This document shows positions 26,228 through 41,911 of a stretch of 64,000 nt of DNA, piece by piece; the first letter of the stretch is position 1, and each line of letters begins with the position of its first letter. A program made the translations under genes and the position numbers. Below the pieces are notes generated by a model. The model searched no databases, was not told the origin of the DNA, and saw nothing but the letters and a program-made list of their open reading frames with translations. This stretch comes from the human T2T-CHM13v2.0 reference genome, Homo sapiens, in NCBI RefSeq assembly GCF_009914755.1, contig NC_060934.1, one strand, 5' to 3'.

Positions 26228-26480
26228 GCAATATAGTGTTGGGATTAAAAGTAGGACTGGTGGAGCCAGATGGCTCAATTCAGATCCCAGATCTTCCGCT
26301 TAATGGCTATGTGACTGCAGGTAAGAGAGCTAATTGCCTCCCTGAGCTTGTTTCCTCACCTATAAAATGGGGATAGTAATAGGGTTATCTTACAGTGTTG
26401 TTAGGATGATTGAATTAGTATATACAAAACAAAACATGTAAAAGAGTACCTGGTATGTACATGTTAACCATGATTACTAT
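26228..26480 (+). mobile_element. MIR SINE
   Basis: gctatgtgact...gtttcctcacctataaaatggggatagtaata. Confidence 0.85.
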
Positions 26481-26515
26481 GAATGGTTAGTTGGTTAAGA
26501 AAGGTAGATAATGCT

Positions 26516-26821
26516 GGCCGGGTGCGGTGGCTCACGCCTGTAATTGCAGCACTTTGGGAGGCTGAGGCGGGAGGATCACGAGGTCAGGAGATTGAGATCA
26601 TCCTGGCTAACACGGTGAAACCCTGTCTCTACTAAAAATACAAAAAATTAGCCGGGCTTGGTGGTGGGTGCCTGTAGTCCCAGCTACTTGGAAGGCTGAG
26701 GCAGGAGAATGGCGTGAACCCGGGAGGCGGAGCTTGCAGTGAGTGAGCAGAGATTGCGCCACTGCACTACAGCCTGGCGACAGAGCGAGACTCCATCTCA
26801 GAAAAAAAAAAAAAAAGAAAC
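26516..26821 (+). mobile_element. AluY
   Basis: Y diagnostics ggctaacacgg, gaatggcgtgaacc, ggagcttgcagt; perfect 16-bp TSD aaaggtagataatgct (26500-26515/26822-26837). Confidence 0.97.
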
Positions 26822-29800
26822 AAAGGTAGATAATGCTGAAATTCAAGTGGGTCAACAGTCTCAAAGGAAGAAACATATTTAGATATAGAAATGCATGATA
26901 ATGGTATACTGGAGTGAAATACTTGTTTCATTTTGGAGAAACTTGCCTACTGGAGGAATTTTGAGCTAGGCTGATTCCAAAAACATCCATATTGAAGCAA
27001 ATAGGTTTTGTAGGGTCTTCGGGTAAATAGCCTTTACTTGCTGTGTTGAATGTGAAGGTTAAAGGAACACAGTCTTCTCTAGCCAGATTCTCCATGCGCC
27101 TTCTGTAATGGTAAAGTCCACGTCAATCGCTGCTTGTGGGCGTGTGGCATGGACGCGCAGGAGCCTCTGTAACATGCATGTGGCATGCAGCTGCGTGGAT
27201 TCCTGGAGATTATTGGAGATTTGCCTTCTCTTCATTCTTAGAGATGTGCATTTGTTTTCCTCAACTTGCTTTTAGCTCAGCTGATTGGTTGTATGTGAGC
27301 TTTGTGCTCCTCTCCTTTCCTGTCTTCTGAATTTATGCTATTTTGAACTTTTGGTCTGCTTCTGCATAATGAGAGAAGTTGGCAGAAGACAATTCCAGAT
27401 AAACCTTCACCAAAACTAATGGTTCTGTGGAAGTCCTTGAACGGGTGTGGAGGCAGCAAAGCTCTCCCAGTTCCCAGGTGAGCCCAGGGTGGAGATGTAA
27501 GACCACACCGAACACTGAGCATGGTCACCAGGCTGCTTTTGAGAAGCGACTGTGAAGCTGTCCTCCTGCAGGGGCATGATGGCTATATTTGAGAATTTCT
27601 GGAAAACATTCTCTGCCTCTCTGGCTTGCAATGCTCTTGGGCTGCAGGAGTGGTAAAATTGTGCTGTTAGATTCGTTCCTGATTCCATCCTTATTAGATA
27701 AAGCGTGGCCTGTGTTATCTAACTGACTACTTAATGGAGTCCACATTGGGTGTGATATTCTGCTCAAGATTAATTTCGGGTAATGAAGATCTGAAACAAG
27801 GTATTTAAGAGCCCCACTAATGTTTCATTTATAGCAATCTATCAAAACGATAGATATTTAGCCTCTTTACTGGATATGAAACATTAACTTAAAGCCAGTG
27901 CTGCTTTCTGTGTTAAATACCAGTACCCCTGCCTTCGATTTTATCAAACATTGTGAAAAATCTGCCACCACCTCCCGGAGAACACATATCATGGACTTAG
28001 CCTTAAGTTATGATTCTCTGGCACCTTGGACAACTGACCAACCCTAGCTTGGGCCCTGCTTGGGCCTTTTCACATAATGAGTAGAATTCACAAACAAATA
28101 TTTATCGGGCACATGCTGTGTTCAAGGCCCACTAGACATTGTGAGGGGGACACAAAGTGGACTCAATTTCACTGCATGCGATATGCTGGAAAAGAGATAT
28201 CTTAGCCCAAGGGGCAGGCTCATTACTCCTAAGTTGGTTATTACATTGTTCAGTTATGAGCAGATGAGGCCTAGAAAAATCTGGGTCGCTTCTCCTCATA
28301 ACAACTTCCCATTTGGGGCGGTATGAAAAGTGTGGGTTTCCATCAATTCTGATGAGTAGGTGGAGTCCATTCCTCAGCCTTTAGGTGCTCCCCATTGTCC
28401 AGGAGCCAACAGTTGGGTATTTGGGGCTCCAGAACAAGTATCCAGGCACCTAAATGGTATCTAGCTAATATTTATTGATGCATTTTTCTAAGGAAAAATG
28501 AGCAATTTCCACTTTTCATTTTCAAGCTTAATACTCATGACTGTCCAGTATTATCCTTACCCCTCTCTAGTTTTCTTCTCTTTACTGTTTTTATTGTTCA
28601 TTGGAAATATGTTGGTTTAGTACCAATTGTGTGCTGTTTTCCTATATGGAATATATTCTTTCTGATTTTTTTCTGATTCAAATGGTATCTATTCTTCAGG
28701 GCCTTTCTGAAGACCCGTGTCTTCCTGACCATATTCTCTGTGCAGTTTTTCTTCTTTCCAGGAAGAATTTTGTTTTTCTTCTCTGAATTCATAAACATCA
28801 AGGTTTGAATATGCATCCAATGCTTGAACATAGATGATGGTTCTCTAGATATTTTTTTCTATGTGTAATTCATTTTCCTTTTAGGTTACAGCATCTTTAA
28901 GAATAGGGACCTATGCTTAATATCTCTTCCATAGCACACACACTACTTTTGGGCACACAAGTTGTACTAAAAGCCTAGTGACTTGACCTGGTCCACAAGG
29001 ATGAATCCTAAATGGACTTGGCAGTAATTTTGTGTAAGAAAAGGCAGAGGTATCACACAATTGATTTTACAGTGTGTCACTCTCAGTGTAGTGCTTATGA
29101 CCACCTTGGGGAATGTGAATGAAGCCCCCACTAGATTTGTCTGTGCTGTCCCCAAGGACTTAACCACCAGGTTGCTGTTTGCAGCTGTCTCTGATAGTAC
29201 ATTGGGGTCTATAGACTTGAGTGTCTCTATCTTTTCTGGCTCTTCCGCATGCTTGGTGGTGGTTCGATATTCTGTTTTGTACTTCTTTGATACCGTCTCT
29301 GGGGTCCCCTTAATTGGGACACCTTAATCGGGGAGCCCCTGCTGCCTGGGCAGGGGGCTGAAGTCCTGCTGCTTTCCCTCCACATTGTCAGGATTCCTGG
29401 GTGTTTCCTGGGTTGGAGACGTCAGCCTGGCGGCATAGCCTGTGCTTTCCCCATTACCTGATCACGTTTCATCAGTGAAACGGGATGTTTCACTGAAGGC
29501 TTATCTCAGGAGGCGCCTGAATCTTATTTGACCAGAAATCTTTTTGGCAGTTGGTGAACTTGGTTGGATTCCAGTCTGTCCCTTTCATTGTCAGGACATA
29601 CCCACAGTGAGGATTTGTGTGCCAGGCGTGTCATTTCTCTGTCTCCTCCAGACCCCCCGCCCTCATGATACTGTTGCCAAAATCAAGGGCCCAACCCCTT
29701 ACCCCTTAAACATCTTTGCCTTTTAAATTTTGTAAACAATGCTGGAATAAAACATTTTTATTATAACAGATACAAGTAATAGAGATGTTGTAGCAAAGTC

Positions 29801-29846
29801 TGAAGGTCTCTGTTTTAAGTAGTGTGTAATAGAAAACCAAAATAAG

Positions 29847-30388
<542 letters not shown>

Positions 30389-30627
30389 TTAGCTTCCTGA
30401 GGTCAACAGAGACAAGGCTTCTCCTGTCTTTCTGTATCAACATCTTTAGCTGTGGCTTTCATTTTCTAAGACACTTCATGATATAAGGCTGGAGTTCCAG
30501 TCATATCATCCAAGTTTTAAGCGGGAAGGAAGAAGAAGGGGAGAGGAAAAGAAAAAGCACATGCTAGCTAGTTGTCCGTCCCATTTTTATGCAGGGACTT
30601 ATTTGTTTACATTGCTCAGCACTAGCC

Positions 30628-30800
30628 AGTCATGTGCTAAAGCCAGCTCACCCTAGGTTATGAATGCCAATTGTTACATTTGCCAGAGTTTTTGCAAGCC
30701 GATTGTCTTGAGTTTGGTAGCTTGAAATTGGCCATAGTTTTTACACAAGAGAAAATGGTGTAAGAGAGAGCTGTTTGTTAACCATTTACGAGACACAGCT
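30628..30800 (+). mobile_element. MER63A-like (hAT-Blackjack MITE)
   Basis: cagtcatgtgctaaagccagctc...ttggtagcttgaaattggccat...gagagctgtttgttaaccatttac...ctg. Confidence 0.75.
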
Positions 30801-31169
30801 GTTCCTGGCTGTAGGACAGGCGAGGAAATGTAATTTTTAACTTGGTGCATTGCCACACAGAATAAAATCACAGTCCTTTTACTAAAGAAGAAGGGAAAGT
30901 GATAATGAATAAGAAAACACTCTTTGCTACATTCTCCCCACTTTGTATTCCACAGACTGGATCTGCTTCCCCTGTTTAGGTTGTTAACTCTTGTCTCCTT
31001 TTCAAGTTATGCAACAGTCAACATAGTTTTACATTTGTGTTTCTGCACATGAACCAGCATTTGTGGACAATAGCTTCTTTGAGGTAGATTTGCTAGGTCA
31101 AAGGGTATGTGCCCTCTGCTTAACTCTTTATAAAGAACACTCACCAGATGTCTGGTCTGTTTCCTCCTA

Positions 31170-31425
31170 ATGTAGTGTAGTGGTGATGAGCATGGATTTT
31201 GGAATCACACATACAGGGTGTGAACACTCATTCAGACACTTCTAGCTGTGTGACTTTGGCCAGCTTACTTAACCTCTGTAAGTGTCAATGTTTTTTTCCA
31301 TGTAAAATGGGAGTGGGGGATACCATCTGACCCTGCAGGGTTTTGTGACGATGAAATGAGATTGTGACTACATAGCACTTACAGCAGAGCCTGGCAGGTT
31401 GTAAACCCACAGTAAATAGTTAGCA
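31170..31425 (+). mobile_element. MIR SINE
   Basis: tagctgtgtgactttggccagcttacttaacctctg...tgtaaaatggg. Confidence 0.88.
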
Positions 31426-32214
31426 GGGGCTTCTGCTCATGGAAAGATACACATGTGTGCAACATACAGTGAGAAGAATGAAAACATGAAACTGGGCCTT
31501 GAACATTACATGTAGGGTCGATATGAGTTGTAGAGATGACCAGATTCAGATAGGAAAGCAATGGATGTTTAATGTTCAAACTGGAAAATTATTCATTTCA
31601 CTGCCCCTAGGGGTAGGTGTGTAAGCTAATTGATGGTTAGAAAAATCCCAGAGTAAACCAGGAATGTCTCTAATTCATAAGTGTATATTATAAAGATATT
31701 TAAAATCATCTTTATGACAATTCAGTTATGTTTCTTTAGCATATCAGATCCTTTAGTTGTGGAACTTGACAGAAATCAACATAAATGTTCTTTTTCTCTC
31801 CCAACTATATTGAACATTGCACAGATGTGTAGTTATTTATCATGAACATGCAAATATTGATGTCCCCAAGGCCCATTCTTTGAATTTCAAACTGCTGTTG
31901 CTATATTTGGATGTTGATTAATACGAGTCTTTGCTCTGACACATAGCATGTCTGATTTCAGGACCTCTGAAAGCAGCATAGAGAAGAAAAGAGAAGCTGA
32001 GGCTTGATATTCATAGGGATGGACAATAATTGAAGACGTGAATTGCTTTGGGAAAATGGCAGCAGGCAACCAAATATACGAGATGGTTAAGGATATGCCT
32101 AGCACAGAACTTTGAGCAGGTAGATTTTCAGTATATCTTTGCTCACTTAAAGAGACAGAAGCTATGGAGAAGAAACAATCACAATGAAAGAATTATTTTA
32201 ACACTAGTCTAGAA

Positions 32215-32432
32215 CAAGATTTCTTAATCTTGGCCCTATTGACATTTTTGGCTGGATAATTCTGTGTTGTGGGGGCCGTCCTGTGCATTGTAGGGTATTG
32301 AGCCACATCCTTGGCTACCCACTAGATGCCAGTTGCATGGCCTTCCTCAAGTTATGATCACAAAAAATGTCTCCAGACCTTGCTAAATGTCTCTGGGTGG
32401 AGGGCAGATTCACTCCCAGTTGAGAACTACTG
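32215..32432 (-). mobile_element. MER20 (full length)
   Basis: ctattgacatttttggctggataattc...cccactagatgccag...aatgtctccagac...gttgagaactactg; 8-bp TSD gtctagaa/atctagaa. Confidence 0.92.
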
Positions 32433-33943
32433 ATCTAGAAGAAAGGAAAATTAGATGATATAAAGTAAACAACAATTATATGCTAGACATTTAACCCATT
32501 GAGTCCTTGCAACAAGCCTGAATTGCAGACGTTGCTAAAATTATTTTTGTGGAAAGAGAGGTGGGATTCCAAGAAGCTAAGAACATGACCCCAGGTGGGA
32601 CAGATGGGATCTGAGTCCAAATGTGATGTTCTTTTCCTTGTATTCCTCTCCTTCCTAACTGTATGACATAAACGTAAAGTATCACAAGAGCTTATGCTGC
32701 TCCTCTTCTTGGTACCAAGCTCGGCCTTCACTTTCTTATGAAAACCAAAAGCAGTTTTCAAAGAATCATGCACAACTTATATTTGGGTGATTGATCTGAT
32801 TTGGCATACATTTTGTGGAGAACGTGAACCAGTCTATTCCCCAGTGGAGGGCTGTTGATAAACAAAGAGATATGTAGTCTTTTTAGCATTTCAAGGGCTG
32901 TGAGTCTCCTGAGAAAACTCAAACCAGGTCCAAGAGGAGTTACTTTGAGACAAGCTATCTAAGAACTGCAATATCCTCTGTGGGGAAGGTGGCTTTCGTT
33001 GTAATGGTTCTTGCAAATATTTCTTAAACCAAATAGGGTTTTCTTCTGGGGAACACTGAGATCAACTATTTGCCTATTTGATCCTCTTGCAGTTAATGTA
33101 ACAGGTTTAAAACTCTGGTCTCAGCAGAAGGGGCTTCATTCCGAGCTATGGGGGCTAATTCTGTGCAGTGCAGTGTGGGGACAGAGCATCCCACTTTCCA
33201 CAGTTTGGTGAGGCACTGGCCCTTAGAGGAGAGTTTTTGGGTATACAGCTAATTGTTCTAATTATGTAGTAGTAAAAATCATACCGTCCTGTAGCCGCAT
33301 ATGAATAGTGCACTAGAGTGCTTTCTTAAAAGAGTTGGGATGGGGTTGGGAGGGTCAGGAAATGAAGGGATAAAATTATTGTTAATTCCACCCCCTTGTT
33401 ATACCATCAAGAGAATAGAAACCAATAAAAGAACTAAATGTTGGCAATCCATAAAATTCCATAAGCAGTAATAAACAAAAGCTGAAACTGTATTGATATA
33501 CAACCAAACAAGGAAATTATCATTATTTTTTAATAAAGCCATTTATCATCAATAAATACCAAGGGGAATAGGAAAAATTACAAGCACAATGCCATCTTCC
33601 ATAATTATACCTATTAACAATTTAAAGCATAATTATGTGAGGGAGAAAAACTTTTAGGAAAGCTTTGTGCTGTTTTCTCCACAGAAAAGTCAAATTCTCA
33701 CACTCCCAGATATTCAGGATTTTCTAAACATTTCAGAATGATTGGTTATGCTTGTCCCAACTTACAGTAGCTTATTTTCTAAGGATCTTTCTAATAATTC
33801 AGGCCCTTCCGGCCTCTCCATTACCAGGTTTGTCATCAGCCCTGGAGAAAGGGCTGGGATTCAGGAAAAAGGTATATATGGTAATGATCTGACCGCTTGC
33901 TAAATGTCACTGGTCAAGAGGACTTTGTTTAGTGACAAGTTGA

Positions 33944-34255
<312 letters not shown>

Positions 34256-34353
34256 CCAGGATCTTACTTATTTTATCTGAACTAACCCCAGCTGAGCAGC
34301 TGCTATTGCCTAAATGACTATGTTCCAGGCCTTGGGGTTACAGAAATAAATGA

Positions 34354-34674
<321 letters not shown>

Positions 34675-34744
34675 GGTGTATTTTTTTAACCATTGAACAC
34701 CTTACATTCCCAAAGGGAAACAGACCTGTATGCCTGCAGTGGCG

Positions 34745-35000
34745 AACAGCAGGGTGATTTAAGAGTATGCCTCAGAGCCCACCAGCCAGCCTGGGGTCAT
34801 AGCCCTGCTCTGAAGCTTATCACTTATGGGAACTTGTACAAATTAATTAATGTTCATATGCCTCTGTGTCCTTATCCACAAAAGAAAAAATAGTAATAAT
34901 ATCTGCTTGTAGGTTGTTATGAGGACTAAATGAGTTGATATATGAAAAGTGCTTAAAAAACTGCCTGGCACCTGATGAGTGCTATGTAAGTTGGCAGTCA
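34745..35000 (+). mobile_element. MIR SINE
   Basis: ggttgttatgaggactaaatgagttgatatatgaaaagtgctta...tgcctggcac. Confidence 0.85.
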
Positions 35001-35609
35001 TTTAACCTGACAGGGTGAAGTCCTGTGACTTGGTACTTTGGTTCTGGTATGATAGCAGCGGTTGGGGTATTTTGATAGTTTGGGTCTGGTGCAATAGCAA
35101 GCTCGTGGTCACGGAAGGCTCTGTGTACAAGAGAATGACTGTCCTGAGTCTTAAAGGGTGAGAATAATAGGAGAGAGTATTCCACACAGGGAAAACCACA
35201 GGAGCAAAGGGATAGCATACAGAAACAGTATGATGTGCCTGGCTCTTTATAAGCTATACTCCATCTTCTTAGAGCCTGACACAATTGAGCTGGTGGCAGA
35301 GAGAGAGAGGAGGCTGCAGTAGCTGGCAGAGTCTGGTCACAGAGGCTTGAGTTTTTCTTGAGGACAGGAGGGCCCTGTTGAAGGATATTCACTGTGAAGG
35401 TGATGGTTAGTCAGATTTCCAGTCTAGATCCATTAGGAAAGCAGTGTACTGGGTTGCTCTAACAAGTGAGAGGGGAGCCGAAGGGAAGGGTTAGGGGCAA
35501 CTTTTGGAATTTTTATGATTCAGACTTCTACCCAGTAGGGCAATATTTCAGCAGGGTTATGCATGTTTGTTGGAAATGAACACCTGGACTGATTGATTCT
35601 CAGTTTAAT

Positions 35610-36256
35610 TGTGGTAGTCATTAGTGCTGTTTGGCAAATATCCCAGTTCTCCACTTTCAGGCACATGTATAAACAAATGGTAGGATTGTATTTTCTGGTC
35701 CCCTTGTGTGAATGGGGTCACATGAATAGTTCAGGTCCAGGAGTTGTAAGAAAAGTGATATGTTACTTTGTAATCATATCACTGAGTTGTTGCTGAAAGA
35801 TCTTTCAGAGCTTGCTCTTTTCCCTCTGTCACAGTGACTAGCATCGTTCCAGATAGAGTTGGCTCCATCAGCTGGGTCCTGCAGTACAGATGACATGGAG
35901 CAGAACTCCCAGCTGACTCTTGATTAACATGGAGCAGGAGTGAGAAATAAACCGTTATGGTTTTTAAGCCAGGGGTCAGCACACTTTTTCTATAAAGGGC
36001 CAGATAGAAAATATTTTAGGCTTTTAGTTTATGGACCATGCAGTCTCTGTCACGACTCCTCAACTCTGTCCCCATAGTGGGAAAACGGCCATAGGAAATA
36101 TGTGCACACATGGGCATGGCTATGTTCCAATCAACTTTTGTTTACACAAACAGGCAGCAGGCTGCAGTTGACCAGCAGGCTGACTCCTACTTAAGGCACT
36201 ATGGTTTGGGGGCTATTTGTTACCACCACATAATCAAGCTATTCCTGACTGATACT
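35610..36256 (+). mobile_element. MaLR solo LTR (MLT1H/I-like) with nested MER58A
   Basis: tgtggtag start, gagtgagaaataaacc...ttttaagc|cact...ttgttaccaccacataa...cctgactgatac end. Confidence 0.82.
35970..36189 (+). mobile_element. MER58A (hAT-Charlie MITE)
   Basis: caggggtcagcacactttttctataaagggccagatag...aatattttaggcttt...ggctatgttccaat. Confidence 0.88.
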
Positions 36257-37224
36257 TTGCCCAACTAGCTTTTCTTTTTAAATACAGGTAAAATTTACAT
36301 AGAGTGAAATGCACAGATCTTATGTGTGTTATTCAATGATGTTTATAAATGATGCTATGTGATGTTTAATAAATATATACATATTAAGTATATGCTTTAT
36401 TATGTATCATAAAACTATCCCATTTTATGAATATAGAATTCATTTTCTTGTTGATGGAAATTTGGACTATTTATAGCTTTTGGTCATTATGGATAAAGCT
36501 ATGAGCATTCATGTGAAAATCTGTGTAGATCTAGATTTTTATTTCTCTTGGATAAATAGCTAGGAGTATAACTGCCAGATCCTGGAGGGGGTGGGTAGAT
36601 GTAGGTTTAAATTTATGAAAACTGGCCAACAGCTTTTCACTGTGATTGTGCCATTTATACTTCCACCAGGAATGTTTGAGAGTTCTACCTACTCTACATC
36701 CTCTCCAACAGTTAGTGTCGTCAGACTTTTGACTATATTTATTCTATTAGGTATGAAATGGTATCTCACTGTAGTTTTACTCTGTGTCTTCCTGATCACT
36801 AATGATGCTGAATGTATTTTCATGAGTTTACTGCCGTTTGTATATCAACTTTTGTAAACAGACTGTTCAAGTATTTTGACCATTTAAAAAATTGATTTCT
36901 GGTCCTAAGTCCTTTGTCAGATATCTATATATCTACATCCTATGTCTATATTTATTTATTTCAAATTTTTCTTCCAGTTTTTGAGTTGCCCTTTCACTTC
37001 TTAAATGGTGCCTTTTGATAAGCAGAAGGTTTTATTTTGATAAATACCTATTTATCATTTTTTTTTTTGTTAATGCTTTCTGTATCCTAAGAAACCTTTG
37101 CCTTCCTTGGGGTTGTGAGATATTCTCTATTTCTTTTTATTACCTTGAGTTTTGGCTTTTATGTTTAGGTCTTTGATCCATGTTGAATTAATTCTCGTGT
37201 AGGAGAGTTAAGAATTGGGATTCT

Positions 37225-37543
37225 GGCTGGGCACAGTGGCTCACACCTGTAATCCCAGCACTTTGGGAGGCTGAGGCAGGTGGATCACGAGGTCAGGAGT
37301 TCGAGACCAGCCTGACCAACATGGTGAAACCCTGTCTCTACTAAAAATACAAAAATTAGCTGGGTATGGTGGTGCATGCCTGTAATCTCAGTTATGCAGA
37401 AGGCTGAGGCAGAAGAATTGCTTGAACCTGGGAGGTGGAGTTGCAGTGAGCCGAGATTGCACCACTGCACTCCAGCATGGGCGACAGAGCAAGACTCTGT
37501 CTCAAAAATAAATAAATAAAATAAAATAAAGAAGAAAAAGAAA
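37225..37543 (+). mobile_element. AluS (Sg-like)
   Basis: ggatcacgaggtcaggagttcgagaccagcctgaccaac; TSD aagaattgggattct/aagaattgagagtct. Confidence 0.96.
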
Positions 37544-38685
37544 AAGAATTGAGAGTCTGTGTGTATATCTAGTTGTTTCAGCCCCATTTATTATTTTCAA
37601 CTACACTCCCCCATTCAATTACTTTGGAAACTTTATCAAAAATCAGTTGGCCATGAATGTGTGGGTCTATTATTGTGTTATCTGCTCTGTTCCATTGACC
37701 TATTTTTCTACCTTTATGCAATTACCACACTGTCTTGACTACTGTAGCTTTATAGTAAGGATTTAAATTAAGGAGTATGAGTCCTCCAAATTTGTATTTC
37801 TTTTGAAGCATCTTTCACCTGTTCTTTGGGTTTCCATATAAATTGAGGTCCTTTGGGTTTCCATATAAATTGAGAACCACCCTGTCAATTAAAAAAGCCT
37901 GTGGGGTTTTGATTGGGATTTTATTGACTCTATGAATTTGTGGAATGTTGATATCTTAAGTTTTTCAATCCATAAATGTATTACATCTTTCCATGTATTC
38001 AGGTGTTTTGTGTTTTTTTAGTGGAGGTCTTGTACAACTTTAGTTACTTTTATTATTACTTTGTTTCTGATGCTATTATAAATTGAATTAAAAAAATCAT
38101 TTTCCAGTTCTTTGCTTCTAGTACATAGCAATATTGATTTTTGTATATTAACTTTGTATCTAGCAACCTTGCTAAAGTCACTTACTACTTCTAGTATTTG
38201 GTTTTTAAATTCATCAGGAGGTTTTATGTAAGCTATTACATTGTCTAGAAATAAAAAGTTACTTCTTCCCAATTTTATGTATTTTTTTCTTGTTCTTGTC
38301 TTATTGCCCTGGCCAGAGGTTCCAGTACAATGATGAACAGAAGAGGTGAGAACAGACATCTTTGCCTCATTCTTAGTATTAGAAGGAAAGTTTTTATTAT
38401 TTTATCATATGTATTATCTTTGATGTAGAAGTTCTTACATGCCTTTTATCAACTTGAGGAAGTTCCCTTATATTCCTAGTTTATCATGAATGGGTATTGA
38501 CTTTTTCTGATGCTTTTCAGCCTCTATTGATTATATGGGTTTTCTCCTTTGTTCTGTTATTAATAATATGGTAAAAGCAATTTGTTGATTTTCAAATGTT
38601 AAACTCACCTTGCAGTACTCAGATGAGCATCACTTGGTCATCATGTGTTATCCTTTTTGTATATTTCTGGATACAATTTGATAAT

Positions 38686-38974
<289 letters not shown>

Positions 38975-39489
38975 AATTTGATAATATTTTGTTAAGGATT
39001 TTTTAGTCTATGTTCATGATAAAAAATTGTGGTAATTTTCTTTTCTTGTAATATTTTTGTAAGATTTAGGGATAAGGGTTATCTACTGGCCTCAAGATGA
39101 ATTGGAAAGTGTTCCTTCCTCCTCTGTGCTCTGAAAGAGTTTGTGTAATTTTGGTTTTTTTTTCTTAAGTTTTTGATAGAATTCACCAATGAAACCCTTT
39201 GGGCCTGTCAGTTTTCTTTGTAGAAGGTTTTAAAAATTATTATAACTTTAATTTAATAAATATAGGGTGACTGAAATTTTCTATTTCTTCTTGTGTCAGT
39301 TTTGTTAAGTTAATTTTTCAAGGAATTTGTTTACCTAAATTTTTGAATTTATTTGCATAGAATTATTTATAGTGTTACCATATTATCTTTTTAATATCTG
39401 TAGGCTCTGCCATTATACCATTTTTCATTTCTGAATTGTTATTTTAGAATTTTTCTCTTAACTAATCTTGCTAGGGGGTTGACAATATT

Positions 39490-40522
39490 TTTAGCAGCTT
39501 TATTTGAGGTACAATTTGCATTACATAAAATTATTTTAAGCATGTTCTTCAGTGATTTTTTTAAAATAAAATCATATAGTTATATAACCATTACCACAAT
39601 CCAATATTAGAAGATTTCTGTCACCCTTAAAATCCCTTATGTCCATTTGCCGTCACTCTCTATTCCTACCCCCAACTCTAGATAACCAAAACAAGTTACT
39701 GTTACAATTGATTTGCTTTTTCTAGACATTCCATACAAATGAAATAATACAATATGTGGTGTTGTGTGTCTGGCTTCTTTCGTTTAGCATAATGGTTTTG
39801 AGATTCATTCGTTTTGTGGCATGTATCAGTATTCTGTTCGCTTTTATTGCTCCATAGTGTTTTATTGCATGGATATAGCACATTTAGTTTGTTCATTTGT
39901 CAGTTGATGATGAACAATGCTGCCATAAATATTCACATATAAGTCTTGTGTTGACATATATTTCACTTCATTTGGATACATACCTTTGAGTCAAATTGCT
40001 GCTAGACTGAATTCTAAAATGACTGCATCTTACATTTATGCCATCAGTATATGAAGATTCCAATTTCTCTACATCCCCCCAACATTTGTTAGTGAGTATA
40101 TATTTTTATTTTAGCCATTCTAGTGCATGTGACAGTGTATTTCATTGTAGTTTTAATTTGCATTTTTCTAATGACTAATAATATAGAACATTTCCATGTG
40201 CTAATTGGCTACTCATATATCTTTTTTTCAAAAAACATTCAAATCCTTTGCCCCTTTTAAAAATTGAATTCTGTTTTTATTACTGAGTTACAAGTGTTCC
40301 TTGCATTTTTGTGGATATAATTCCTTTATAAAGTACAGTATATAATTTGTAAATATTTTCTCCCAGCCTGTGGGTTATCTTTTCATTTTTTTATGGTATG
40401 TTTTGATGTGCAAAAGTTTTTAATATTGGCAAAGTCCAACTTAACCACTTTTTGCTTTTATAGATAATGCTTTTGGTGTTACATATAAGAAATCCCTGCC
40501 GAGGTCATGAAGATTTCTCTCC
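39490..40522 (-). mobile_element. Nested L1MB-like 3' fragment inside the older L1
   Basis: A new L1 3' end (cagctttatttgaggtacaattt...) interrupts the host L1 between ggttgacaatatt and gtttatcaatatt. Confidence 0.75.
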
Positions 40523-40919
40523 TAAGTTTATCAATATTATTAATATTTCAAAAGAACCAGCTTTTGCCTTTGTTAATTTTCTCTATTGTTAGTCCAATTT
40601 TTATTTCATTGATTTTTCTTCTTTTTACTTACTTTGCTATTTTTCTAGCTTGTTAATATGGAAACTTGTGATTTTAAGCTTTTCATGTTTTCTAATATAA
40701 GCATTTAAAGCTATAATTTTTTCTCTTAACTATAATTTGCGCTGCATCCATGGATTATGCTATGTTGTGTTTTTATTAATGTAACATTAAAAATGTTTTA
40801 AACATTTTCTTGTGATTTCTTTTTACATCCCTGATGTTTTAGAAGTGTATAGTTTAATTTTCAATTATATGTGTTTTCTAGATATCTTTTTTGTCAAGTT
40901 CTGACTTTATTCTATTGTT

Positions 40920-41015
40920 GACCCTGATCTGATCACTATATACATTACATGTTTTGAAGCATCACTATGTGCTCCATGAATATGTAAAATGGTTGTCAAT
41001 TAAAAAAATTTAAAA
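40920..41015 (+). mobile_element. Short L1MA-like 3' terminal fragment
   Basis: ccctgatctgatcact...atcactatgtgctccatgaatatgta...gtcaattaaaaaaa. Confidence 0.65.
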
Positions 41016-41291
41016 AGAATTTAATTTAGATATTTATTAGGACTTATTTTAATTATCATTATGGCATATGGTCTATGTTCATGAATACATCTTGTGTACT
41101 TGAAAATGTGCATTGTGCAATTTTTGGATATAGTGTTCTAAAAATATCAATTAGATTAATTTATTCAGTAGTGTGTCCACATCTACAGTATCTGTACTGG
41201 ATTTTGTTTTATTAAGAGTTTCTGTGAGTTCTGAGAGAGGCATGTTTATTCTTTATCCACAGGCATGTTTATTCTTTAACCACAATTGTGG

Positions 41292-41911
<620 letters not shown>

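Noticed and set aside
33905-33937. Imperfect hairpin TGTCACT...AGTGACA
   Set aside because: Too short and mismatched for a pre-miRNA; no snoRNA boxes
38018-38359. 113-aa minus-strand ORF (FSKVARYKVNIQKS)
   Set aside because: Degenerate L1 ORF2 RT remnant
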